Below are positions 35,689-44,006 of a stretch of 58,779 nucleotides of DNA, in pieces. This DNA comes from a virus, in IMG/VR virus record IMGVR_UViG_3300030319_000027, positions 1 through 58,779 of that record, one strand, 5' to 3'. Within the stretch, counting starts at the first letter, position 1; every line of letters begins with the position of its first letter. Under the pieces are notes generated by a model. It did not search any database and was not told where the DNA came from. It saw only the letters and a list, made by a program, of their open reading frames with translations. The position numbers were made by a program, and so were the translations under genes.

Positions 35689-35717
35689 ATTATAGTACAG
35701 ACATCTGTACAAGTCAA
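35689..35717 (-). promoter_or_regulatory. Leftward early promoter, with an operator in its spacer
   Basis: On the minus strand: TTGACT, TGTACAGATGTCTGTAC (17 nt), TATAAT. Confidence 0.7.
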
Positions 35718-35774
35718 CTCTTTTGTACAAAATTCTGTGCATTTGTATACTTGCACAAATATGGGAGTGTTCTT

Positions 35775-36104
35775 ATGTCGGACTTGTACAGCAACATCCA
35801 TGCACTCTGCGAAAAAGAGGGCATCAAAGACGGAACCCTTTGTGCCAGCATCGGGATTCGCCGTAGTTTTCTTTCCGAGCTGAAAGCCGGGAGAACCAAG
35901 AGCCTGTCCGCAGAGGTTCTTTCTAAAATTGCATCCTACTTCAACGTATCGGTAGACTACCTTCTCAATGGCGAACAAAAAGAAAACCCGCCCCAGCAGC
36001 CGCAAAGTGAAGTCGATGCAGCAGTGGAGCGGATTAGAAAAAAACTTGAGTCTATGCCGACAGCGCAACGGGAAGCGCTGATGAACCTGATCGAGAAGAT
36101 GTGA
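35775..36104 (+). CDS. CI-like XRE-family repressor
   Basis: ATG 35775 follows GGGAG. HTH region ...LCASIGIRRSFLSELKAGRTKSLSAEVLSKIASYFNVSVDYLL. Confidence 0.7.
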   Translation: MSDLYSNIHALCEKEGIKDGTLCASIGIRRSFLSELKAGRTKSLSAEVLSKIASYFNVSVDYLLNGEQKENPPQQPQSEVDAAVERIRKKLESMPTAQREALMNLIEKM

Positions 36105-36134
36105 GGGACTGGTTCTGACCCGGTAAAATAAAAA

Positions 36135-36171
36135 CCCCTTGTGCCGGGCTGGTATAGCTCTGTGCAAGGGG
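36135..36171. terminator. Bidirectional terminator
   Basis: CCCCTTG-N23-CAAGGGG, flanked by an A-run and a T-run, between convergent genes. Confidence 0.55.
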
Positions 36172-36178
36172 TTTTCTC

Positions 36179-36280
36179 TTATTCTAGGCCTAAGGCTTGC
36201 TCCGCTGCCGGAATCTTCTCAGGGTGTTCCAACAGCCATGCGATAAACCTGTCAATCTTAGCTCTTTCTTGTTCGCTCAT
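36179..36280 (-). CDS. 33-aa hypothetical peptide
   Basis: Not in the track. ATG follows GGGAGGA with a 9-nt spacer. Confidence 0.3.
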   Translation of the reverse strand: MSEQERAKIDRFIAWLLEHPEKIPAAEQALGLE

Positions 36281-36466
36281 TGCAGCATATCCTCCCGATC
36301 AGTAAATACGAATGTTCATTTGATACGATTATACATCTTTCAGTTGTATAGTCAATGCAGTTTGAACAACTTCGTAAAAATCGAACGTTTTCTTCACATC
36401 CGTTACTTTGCATCGGGGAAGCCAAAAATTGCAATGACAATGATTAAGAGCCACATTAAGTTTAAG

Positions 36467-36712
36467 TTACCCTTTGCTTTGTAACATTCCGTTGAGTATG
36501 GAACGAAAAGGGTTATCCGGTAAATCGTCCAGCACATCTGCTTTGACGAGAGCGTTTGTGCTGATGCTGTGCGAAACATTGTTTAGCTGCACAATGGCAT
36601 CGTCTAAATCCTTCACGGTCGCTCCACGCCGTTCCATTGACTGGAGAAAAGTTTTCACTTCTTCAAGAACGACAGGGTTCTCGGCTTTATAGAATCCATT
36701 CGTAAAGTCCAT
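36467..36712 (-). CDS. Hypothetical protein
   Basis: 81-aa ORF. Confidence 0.4.
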   Translation of the reverse strand: MDFTNGFYKAENPVVLEEVKTFLQSMERRGATVKDLDDAIVQLNNVSHSISTNALVKADVLDDLPDNPFRSILNGMLQSKG

Positions 36713-36724
36713 CTTCTTCTCCTT

Positions 36725-36931
36725 TCACAGTTCCACAAGCTGTCCGTCAATGCGTTCGATGTTATCTGCCGGGTCGCGTCCATCTTCTAAGGCGGCTACG
36801 GCACGTTCCAGGATGCCTTTTGCTTCGAGGTAAGCATCTTTATCAGCTTCGTACCCAGAAAGGCTCAGGACAAGCTCCAGCGTCCGTCTACGAGCGTATG
36901 GAATAATCAGAGCATCTACGGTTCGGTTCAT
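36725..36931 (-). CDS. Hypothetical protein
   Basis: ATG 36931 overlaps the upstream stop (TAATG). Confidence 0.4.
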   Translation of the reverse strand: MNRTVDALIIPYARRRTLELVLSLSGYEADKDAYLEAKGILERAVAALEDGRDPADNIERIDGQLVEL

Positions 36932-37041
36932 TAACTTTCCTCCCACGGTTCAGGTGTGTGTGGTTTCCCATCGGGAACGCTGGCAGGCATTCCATCGATG
37001 ATCGGCATACGTTCATGGTTCCAGATTACAGTTTCTTTCAT
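36931..37041 (-). CDS. 36-aa hypothetical peptide
   Basis: ATG 37041 follows AAAGGAAA. Confidence 0.3.
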   Translation of the reverse strand: MKETVIWNHERMPIIDGMPASVPDGKPHTPEPWEES

Positions 37042-37183
37042 TTTGTGTTTCCTTTCTATTTGGAATTTTTTGACAATACAGTTATAACACAGGCTGCTGT
37101 TGGTTCTCCATAGCAGCTTTTTCCATTTTTTGGCTTGTCGAATCCGGCAGTTTTGCAGAATTTTGTTGAAAGGGCGTGAATTT

Positions 37184-37777
37184 ATGGATGAATATTTGGT
37201 AAGAACGGCCAAAGCATTAGAGATGGCACGGATGCGTTCCGGCTTAAGTCAGCAGAAATTGGCTGCACGGATGGGCGTGAATCGTGGTACGATTGCTAAC
37301 TGGGAGCAAGGTCTGGCGGCTATTTCCCTGCCAATGGCTATGCGCTGGTTCACCTGCTGCGGCGTATCGGTGGCTCGGTACATGGACGCTTGCATTCATC
37401 CGGGGCTGCTGGAGCATCTGGAGGACAACCTTTCCGGCATGGAAAAGCGTAAGATTCTCATAGATGCCATAATGGAGTGTTCTTCCTACGAGATAGATGC
37501 CTTGTTATATATGCGGTACGGAGATCACGGTTCAGACCACATCGGTGTGCTGACGGAGGTTCTGGCAAACCTTCATACGCCATTGAAAGACAGGGTCTCT
37601 GTCTGCCGGATGGTATCGGGCAACTATGAAATAGCACAGGCTACCGGGACAGACCCAGACCCGAACGGAACCGCCCCAAAGATGGAGATTCTCTATCAGG
37701 CGCAAGATGCCGGAACGGAAGCTGCTATGAAGTCCAACGATTCTTATACCGTGAATCCGAATAATATAAGCGGCTGA
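37184..37777 (+). CDS. XRE-family regulator with a C-terminal extension
   Basis: ATG 37184. HTH region RSGLSQQKLAARMGVNRGTIANWEQG. Confidence 0.65.
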   Translation: MDEYLVRTAKALEMARMRSGLSQQKLAARMGVNRGTIANWEQGLAAISLPMAMRWFTCCGVSVARYMDACIHPGLLEHLEDNLSGMEKRKILIDAIMECSSYEIDALLYMRYGDHGSDHIGVLTEVLANLHTPLKDRVSVCRMVSGNYEIAQATGTDPDPNGTAPKMEILYQAQDAGTEAAMKSNDSYTVNPNNISG

Positions 37778-38090
37778 TTGTCGAATTATCGTTGTTTATG
37801 ATGAACATCTTGTACACCTTTCAACGAATTGATTTCTACTTGTGATGCAAACACTTCTCTTGCTGTGCAAATAAATAACGTTAATACGTTATGTTATCGC
37901 TCACTATAGCAAAATTATATTTTGATTGTCAAAACAAAAACCTATGCACATTGAGTACACCGTTGCGTAAAATTGACTTTCATTTTGATAAAATAAGAAA
38001 AAATTAGAGATTATGGAACTTCTTCTTTTGTTTAGTAGAAGATTATTTAACTCTTGTTTATAATCTTGTTTATATATAATGTAAGAATGG

Positions 38091-38181
38091 GTACGAGATG
38101 TGCATGATGGGGTACGAGATGTGCATAAGCGTGTACGAGATGTGCGTCAAATAAGGGGGTCTAGGTGTACAAGATGTGCAT
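38091..38181 (+). repeat. Four iterons GTAC(G/A)AGATGTGC(A/G)T upstream of the Rep_3 gene
   Basis: Starts at 38091, 38112, 38133 and 38167, giving 21-bp spacing for the first three. An AT-rich stretch at 37780-38090 lies upstream. Confidence 0.8.
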
Positions 38182-38264
38182 GAGCCAATATAAGTGAACA
38201 AAACTATTGACGTGTACACCATTATGTGATAAAATTAGTGTACAGAGAAAGGAGATGTACACTA

Positions 38265-39338
38265 TTGGCAGACCTTTATGAAAATAACTTGATCGAAAAA
38301 AGCAAGGCGCTTGTTTGGGCAGAGTTTAATGATTACACTGTTGGAGAGCTGCGGCTTTTGGAAGTGTATCTTAGCCGTATCAACCCTAGAGATGAAAAAT
38401 CTAGTGAAGTCAAGTTTACCCTTTCGGAATATTGCGATTTGCTTGGACTGCGTGTTAATAGCAGGAACATCGAGAAGCAAATCGAACATTTTCTTGGCAA
38501 CGTTGTGGCGCTTCCTCTTAATGACGATGGAAGCGAGTACAATATGTATACGCTTTTTACGAAAGCAAGCGTTACGATTGATAAGAACTTAGGAATGTAC
38601 GTTGTTACTCTCTGTTGCAACCCTGAATTGAGAAGTGTATTCTTTGATATTGCCAAGAGCGGTTATATCAAGTATAGACTTCGCTACACGGTCAAAATGA
38701 AATCGCAGTATAGCATTTTACTTTATTCGATGCTGCGAGATATGATGAATCGCGGCGGAGACCATTTTGATATTAGCATCAATCGGCTTCGTTCACATCT
38801 CGGCGCAAATGCAGGATGCTATGAAAGTTTCAAGAACTTTAGACGGAGAGTTTTGGATGCAGCGGTTGAAGAAATCAATGATGTGTCCGACATTTATGTT
38901 ACTTACGAAAAAATCTCGTTTGGAAACAAGGCGGTTGCGATTTCTTTTGCCGCTAAGAAAAAAGATGAAAAGCCTGTCGCCGAATTAAAGGCGAAAGAAT
39001 ATAAAGAAGAACTTCCATTCGATGATGACATTCCTGTCGGCAAACCGAATAAAAAGGCTTACAGTGATGTAGATTGGGTGAATATAGCGCCAGACCTTGA
39101 GAAATCAGAGTGCATCGGCATTGCAAGAATGGTTGGGAAAAGAATGGCCGAGAGCTTCCCTACTATTAAGGCTCATAAGAAGAAAGCTGCCGTTGTAAAC
39201 ATTGTGAGTAATGCGTACAATAAAATTTTAAGAGACAAGAAGGAGTGGCCTGATAACCCTGCTGGCTATCTTTACAGAGTTATCGAAAACTCTGACTTAG
39301 ACGAGTTTTCGACTTTTGACGATAGCTTCTTGAAGTAG
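38265..39338 (+). CDS. Rep_3-family (RepB-like) theta-plasmid replication initiator
   Basis: The N-terminus NNLIEKSKALVWAEFNDYTVGELRLLEVYLSRI and overall layout are typical of Rep_3. The probable start is TTG 38265 after AAAGGAGA; the track ORF starts at GTG 38226. Confidence 0.7.
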   Translation: MADLYENNLIEKSKALVWAEFNDYTVGELRLLEVYLSRINPRDEKSSEVKFTLSEYCDLLGLRVNSRNIEKQIEHFLGNVVALPLNDDGSEYNMYTLFTKASVTIDKNLGMYVVTLCCNPELRSVFFDIAKSGYIKYRLRYTVKMKSQYSILLYSMLRDMMNRGGDHFDISINRLRSHLGANAGCYESFKNFRRRVLDAAVEEINDVSDIYVTYEKISFGNKAVAISFAAKKKDEKPVAELKAKEYKEELPFDDDIPVGKPNKKAYSDVDWVNIAPDLEKSECIGIARMVGKRMAESFPTIKAHKKKAAVVNIVSNAYNKILRDKKEWPDNPAGYLYRVIENSDLDEFSTFDDSFLK

Positions 39339-39370
39339 TCATACACAGTAAATAAAGAAAGAGTGATAAA

Positions 39371-40150
39371 ATGGCAAAAATCATAGCTGTTGCCAACCAG
39401 AAGGGCGGCACAGGAAAGACTACAACAAGCACCTGTCTGGCTGGTGCGTTGCAGTTGCTTGGAAAGAAAGTGTTGCTGGTGGACTGCGATGCCCAGTGCA
39501 ACGCAACGGACACCTACGGCGCACAGACAGAGGACGTATGTACCCTGTTCGATGTAATGACCCGGCAGGGTACGGTAGAAGAAGGAATCCAGCACTGCGA
39601 AGCCGGTGACATTCTGCCGTCAGACAACGCATTGAAGGACATTGACGAGCAGCTTGTCCGGGACATTGGTAAGAACTTCCGGCTGCGAGAAGCCCTTGAA
39701 AGCGTGTCTGAGCGGTACGATTACATTGTGCTGGACACTCCCCCGCAGCTTGGCCTTGCGCTTGTGAACGCTCTGATCGCCGCTAACAGCATCATCGTGC
39801 CTATTACGGCAGACCGCTATGCACTTGCCGGATTGAGCCAACTTTCGCAGACCATCGGTGATGTTCGCAGATACTTCAACCCGAACTTGAAGATTGAAGG
39901 TCTGCTTCTGAACCAGTACAAGAGCCGGGAGAACTTGTCCAAAGAGGTCGTGGAGCAGCTTCCTGTGATTGCACAGAGCATGGGGACAACGCTGTTGGAC
40001 GTGAAGATTAGACCGTCTATGGGCGTTCGTAAGGCGCAGGCAGAGCGGCACAGCCTGTTTAGCGGTGATACGGCAAAGAGCACTAGCGCAGAGGATTTCA
40101 AGGCGTTGGCAGAGACGATTGTGGAGGGTGATAAAAATGAGATTGATTGA
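39371..40150 (+). CDS. parA: ParA/Soj-family partition ATPase
   Basis: Deviant Walker A KGGTGKTT. 259 aa with no N-terminal HTH, so type Ib-like. Confidence 0.9.
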   Translation: MAKIIAVANQKGGTGKTTTSTCLAGALQLLGKKVLLVDCDAQCNATDTYGAQTEDVCTLFDVMTRQGTVEEGIQHCEAGDILPSDNALKDIDEQLVRDIGKNFRLREALESVSERYDYIVLDTPPQLGLALVNALIAANSIIVPITADRYALAGLSQLSQTIGDVRRYFNPNLKIEGLLLNQYKSRENLSKEVVEQLPVIAQSMGTTLLDVKIRPSMGVRKAQAERHSLFSGDTAKSTSAEDFKALAETIVEGDKNEID

Positions 40151-40454
40151 TTCTGAAGAACTCGTAAATTACTATTTGCAGAACCAAGCTGACCAAGCAA
40201 GATTTCGCAGTGAAACAGCAAGTGTATGCGATGTTTTAGAAAATGTGATTCGCCATGTAAAATTGATGGATGAAATTCAGCCGAAAGAAACGGCAAAGTG
40301 GGAAGTTCATCATCGAGTGGACGAGGATGGAGAACATTGGAATTGGCTCGAATGCTCAAACTGCCATTATAAAATTGCACGTTATCCGAAAATGTACCGT
40401 GAGACAAGATTTTGCGCTTGTTGCGGAGCAAAGATGGAGGATGAAGAAGAATGA
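40137..40454 (+). CDS. Zinc-finger hypothetical protein
   Basis: ATG 40137 overlaps the end of parA. CSNC ... CACCG motifs. Confidence 0.45.
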   Translation: MRLIDSEELVNYYLQNQADQARFRSETASVCDVLENVIRHVKLMDEIQPKETAKWEVHHRVDEDGEHWNWLECSNCHYKIARYPKMYRETRFCACCGAKMEDEEE

Positions 40455-41023
40455 AGTCAACCAGCAAAAAAACATCTGGCTTGTTGGGCGGATTTGACTT
40501 CCAGCCTGTTTTTTCGGAACATACATTAAGCCGAAGTGAGCCAAAGGAAGAAGAAGTAAGCCAAGCAAAGCCGAATAATGCCGAACAAGCACAGATTAAG
40601 CCTAGTGATGCCACAGACAGCCGTGTACAGCCGAGTGAAGCAGAATTAGGCGGTATTAAGCCAAAGCAAGCCAAAGACGGCGAAAGACAGCCAAGTGGTG
40701 CCGTGTTAGGCGAAGGTAAGCCAAAGAAGCTGAAACAGGCAAAAGAAGTGCAGCGTTTGATTGAACAGGGCGATGTACCCGGCGCACTGGCTGAAGCTGG
40801 ACTGACAAAGAAAAAAATCCCGATGCCGGAATCGCATCAGGGCGTTGCAAGCGGTGATGGCAAGCGTTCGAAGCGCATTACCATCCTTATGAGCGAGGAA
40901 GAGCGCAAGTACATCAACCGTGAAGCAAGACGGCACGGAATGACGATTGGACAGTTTGTGTACGCTCTGGCTGCTGCTTCGGCAGACGGGAAGATTGAGT
41001 TGGAGGATTTCTTGGAGGATTGA
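40451..41023 (+). CDS. Ribbon-helix-helix protein with a low-complexity N-terminal half (candidate centromere-binding ParG/omega analogue)
   Basis: C-terminal KRSKRITILMSEEERKYINREARRHGMTIGQFV fits an RHH fold pattern. The start overlaps the preceding stop. Confidence 0.55.
   Translation: MKSTSKKTSGLLGGFDFQPVFSEHTLSRSEPKEEEVSQAKPNNAEQAQIKPSDATDSRVQPSEAELGGIKPKQAKDGERQPSGAVLGEGKPKKLKQAKEVQRLIEQGDVPGALAEAGLTKKKIPMPESHQGVASGDGKRSKRITILMSEEERKYINREARRHGMTIGQFVYALAAASADGKIELEDFLED
40527..40726 (+). repeat. Array of 20 consecutive 10-bp registers carrying a phased GCC motif
   Basis: 14 of 20 decamers have GCC at offset 4-6 and 4 more have GC(A/G). Recurrent units are TAAGCC(A/G)AAG and ACAGCC(G/A). 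Confidence 0.8.
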
Positions 41024-41076
41024 GGTATGTCGTGAAACACGATATACCTGCAAACTGTATCTTCCGGTAGTAGGTA

Positions 41077-41105
41077 TTGACTTTTAAGCACACAAATAGT
41101 ATACT
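41077..41105 (+). promoter_or_regulatory. Sigma70-like promoter
   Basis: TTGACT, 17 nt, TATACT. Confidence 0.55.
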
Positions 41106-41135
41106 TAATGTGCGCTCAAAAGTGGAGGTGAACGC

Positions 41136-41309
41136 ATGAGTGCAAAAATGGGAAGACCAAAGCTGGAAAACCCGAACAGTGTTCGCACAAGTGTCCGTTT
41201 GGACGTGAATACTGACAAACAGCTTTCGGATTATTGCGAAAAAAACGGCATTTCTAAGGGAGAAGCCGTTCGTAAAGCTGTCCAGCAATGGCTTGAACAT
41301 CAAAAATAA
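41136..41309 (+). CDS. 57-aa CopG/RHH-type protein
   Basis: Not in the track. RBS GGAGGTG precedes the start. MGRPKLENPNSVRTSVRLD...GISKGEAVRKAV fits an RHH pattern. Confidence 0.55.
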   Translation: MSAKMGRPKLENPNSVRTSVRLDVNTDKQLSDYCEKNGISKGEAVRKAVQQWLEHQK

Positions 41310-41443
41310 AAAATCCCCTAAACTGTTCGTAACTTGGCGGTCACCGGCAGTTTAAGGGATTACACTCCATGCGATTATGGGTGATAAATCCATTATATCA
41401 TCTTCATAGTTGCATTACAAGCAAGATTTTTGTGGTAAAGCCA

Positions 41444-42298
41444 ATGAACATTCCAGCAACGAAAGAAGAGATTCTCGAAAACTTCAAGAAAAACAGCAAC
41501 GGCCGTACGCTCAACAAGGATGATTATGAGATTGCAGAAGCATTATCTCGAATCACTTACAAGGCGTATGAAATCGGCATGGAAGATGCAAAACAGTTAA
41601 ATATGGAGGATATGATGGATAGCAAGAGATGTAACGCACTTCACGTTTTTAAGAACAAGACCTTTGGTCAGCTTCGCACGATTGAAGAGGATGAAAAGAT
41701 TCTTTTCTGTGCTTCTGACGTGGCAAAGGCATTGGGGTACAGCAATCCGAGGGATGCAATTTCCCGCCATTGCAGGGGTGTCGTGAAACGCGACACCCTT
41801 ACGCAGGGAGGAATCCAAGCAATCGCTTTTATCCCAGAGGGCGATGTTTACCGTCTTATCACCCACAGCAAGTTGCCCGGCGCAGAGAAGTTTGAGAGTT
41901 GGGTGTTTGATGACGTTCTTCCGTCTCTTCGAAAGGATGGCTATTACGGCCTTGCTCCGCAGGAGAACAAGCCTGACACACAGAACGATGCAATTTTGCA
42001 AGTGCTGATGAAGAACACGGAAGTCCTGCAAGCCATCGTTCAACAAAACCAGCAGATTATGATTGCTCTTACTAACCTGTCCGTCAACGATGCAAAGCGC
42101 ACGATGGAGATTCAGCCTTATACTTCCCATCAGGGGCAGAAGGGTGACGGAAAACGTAGCAAGCGGATCACAATCCTTATGAGCGACAGCGAGCGGACGT
42201 TTGTTACAAGAGAAGCACGAAAGCACGGATTCACGGCAGGGGAGTACATTTACAACCTGTCCGTTGCAGCATCGAAAGACCAAATTGACTTAGGCTGA
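41444..42298 (+). CDS. BRO-N domain protein fused to a C-terminal RHH module
   Basis: BRO-N motif FGQLRTIEEDEKILFCASDVAKALGYSNPRDAISRHC...GDVYRLITHSKLPGAEKFESWVFDDVLPSLRKDGYY. The C-terminus KRSKRITILMSDSERTFVTREARKHGFTAGEYIY is paralogous to the end of 40451..41023. Confidence 0.7.
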   Translation: MNIPATKEEILENFKKNSNGRTLNKDDYEIAEALSRITYKAYEIGMEDAKQLNMEDMMDSKRCNALHVFKNKTFGQLRTIEEDEKILFCASDVAKALGYSNPRDAISRHCRGVVKRDTLTQGGIQAIAFIPEGDVYRLITHSKLPGAEKFESWVFDDVLPSLRKDGYYGLAPQENKPDTQNDAILQVLMKNTEVLQAIVQQNQQIMIALTNLSVNDAKRTMEIQPYTSHQGQKGDGKRSKRITILMSDSERTFVTREARKHGFTAGEYIYNLSVAASKDQIDLG

Positions 42299-42318
42299 TA
42301 AGATTGGAGGATTGACGC

Positions 42319-42594
42319 ATGATGAGGTCGAAGGAATTTTACGAAGGAAGTATTATCCGTTTACAGAAAATGGTTAAACGTGGCATTTACGTTCTTTTGT
42401 TCGATGCTTTTGCCGTATCAGTTCAGATTCCGTTTATCTTTGCTGGTAAATGGGTTGCAACACACTTGATTTTGTCCATCGCCGTATCTTTTGCAGCGGG
42501 AATTAGTTTTAACACGCTTGTGGATAGTAAAAGACAACTTGATATGTACAAGGCAGATATGGAATTGTACTACACAAGTTCGTTGGAGGATTGA
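42319..42594 (+). CDS. Small membrane protein (2 TM)
   Basis: 91-aa ORF in the AT-rich island. Confidence 0.5.
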   Translation: MMRSKEFYEGSIIRLQKMVKRGIYVLLFDAFAVSVQIPFIFAGKWVATHLILSIAVSFAAGISFNTLVDSKRQLDMYKADMELYYTSSLED

Positions 42595-42597
42595 CAA

Positions 42598-43029
42598 ATG
42601 GGCGTAACCATCAAATGCAAAAAGACTAAGCGTGAAATGGATGTGGGCTATTTCGGCTTTTTCAAGTTGAGAGCGAAAGTTGCAGAACTTGTTGGTTTGG
42701 AAGTCGGAGAACACTATAAAAAACTTGATGACATTCTCTATATGCCATCTCCCGAAAAAGAACACGCTCTTGAATCTTACAATGACAAAACGGAACGATT
42801 GATTGAAAGCAAAATGCTTCCGATTAAAATTGCAGATTTCCTTTATCAATCGGACTGTGACGGAAAGATTCGATACGGTGCCTGCAAGGAAATCTTGAAA
42901 GTTATAGGTGATTATGACGATAGCATTATTTACGGATATGCAGGTAGAGAAAATCCCGCAAAGTTCAAAGACTTCAAAGAAATCCTTCAAGATTGCGTAG
43001 ACAATAAGTGCTTTATGATTTGGGGATAA
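42598..43029 (+). CDS. Hypothetical soluble protein
   Basis: 143 aa, starting 4 nt after the preceding stop. Confidence 0.5.
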   Translation: MGVTIKCKKTKREMDVGYFGFFKLRAKVAELVGLEVGEHYKKLDDILYMPSPEKEHALESYNDKTERLIESKMLPIKIADFLYQSDCDGKIRYGACKEILKVIGDYDDSIIYGYAGRENPAKFKDFKEILQDCVDNKCFMIWG

Positions 43030-43080
43030 CAATAACCCACTGTGTAGTCACAATGACCGCACAGGGGAGAAAGGAATAAT

Positions 43081-43350
43081 ATGAGCAAAAAAGCAAGAAT
43101 GTACATAAAATGTTGCCTAGAGAGAAACAAAAGAATTATATATCACGATTTATTGTTTCTTTTGTTTTCTGCGTTGATTGAAGGATATTTTATTCGTCAA
43201 TTCATATTTGAAAATCATTCGTTTGTTTATATTATGCTTATTATGCTGGACGCCTTTCTCGCATTCAATGTAGCAAAAGAGCTATCCGAATTTGAAAAAG
43301 AATCTGAAATTTTAAAAAATATATTAGAAAAGGGTGATAAAAAGTGCTAA
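43081..43350 (+). CDS. Small membrane protein (2 TM)
   Basis: 89-aa ORF. Confidence 0.5.
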   Translation: MSKKARMYIKCCLERNKRIIYHDLLFLLFSALIEGYFIRQFIFENHSFVYIMLIMLDAFLAFNVAKELSEFEKESEILKNILEKGDKKC

Positions 43351-43808
43351 TATATGTTTTTGCAGGAATATGCTTTATAGGGATGCTTATTTGCGTGAGT
43401 TCTTTTTTTGCGGGGCCATTTGACAACGAGGGGGGAAAAGAATATATAATAATGGCTGTTGCAGGGATTGTTTTAACAATACTTGGCGTTGTTCTAATGA
43501 TAGCAAACGTAGAATACAATTCGTCCCATCCTATCGTATCAAATTATGATTTACAGGAAATCGAACCGGGAATATATGCCTATACATCGACTGTCGTTTC
43601 AAATATTCCAGCTGAAAATTATGAAATGTGTACAGTTTTAATAAATGGGCAGTACATTACAATTAAAGGAACCGTAAAAATAGCGAAATCGGATGGAAGC
43701 ACTCCTAAAATAAAATGGGAAAACAGGCGAATAGTAAACGGAGATACTGTTACGATTTATGCGGATATAAACAAAATAAAAAACAACGGCGTAAGAACTA
43801 TATCTTAA
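43344..43808 (+). CDS. Membrane-anchored protein (2 TM plus extracytoplasmic domain)
   Basis: 154 aa, overlapping the upstream gene. Confidence 0.5.
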   Translation: MLIYVFAGICFIGMLICVSSFFAGPFDNEGGKEYIIMAVAGIVLTILGVVLMIANVEYNSSHPIVSNYDLQEIEPGIYAYTSTVVSNIPAENYEMCTVLINGQYITIKGTVKIAKSDGSTPKIKWENRRIVNGDTVTIYADINKIKNNGVRTIS

Positions 43809-43818
43809 CGAGGACTTT

Positions 43819-44001
43819 ATGGAAGAATATAAAGATAGTATTGCGATTATTGAAGAAAGCGAAATCGAAAAGCGAAAGTCTGAATATGGAAATCGCTTTT
43901 GTAAAATAACTAAAGAAATGATAGAAAGTTTAGGAAACGAGAAAATTCTAATGATAAATGACGGAGAATATTGTACTTTTTTGAAATATTTCCAAGATTA
44001 A
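43819..44001 (+). CDS. Small hypothetical protein
   Basis: 60-aa ORF. Confidence 0.4.
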   Translation: MEEYKDSIAIIEESEIEKRKSEYGNRFCKITKEMIESLGNEKILMINDGEYCTFLKYFQD

Positions 44002-44006
44002 ACAAA

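Noticed and set aside
38211-38262. GTGTAC/GTACA motifs near the Rep_3 start as extra CI-type operators (they share GTAC with the switch operators)
   Set aside because: They do not have the TGTAC-N7-TGTAC architecture. They are more simply partial iterons of the Rep_3 origin, and the shared GTAC may be coincidence.
39817-40674. 285-aa and 143-aa minus-strand ORFs
   Set aside because: They are antisense to parA and the downstream genes, which have clear motifs (KGGTGKTT). They have no RBS and low-complexity translations.
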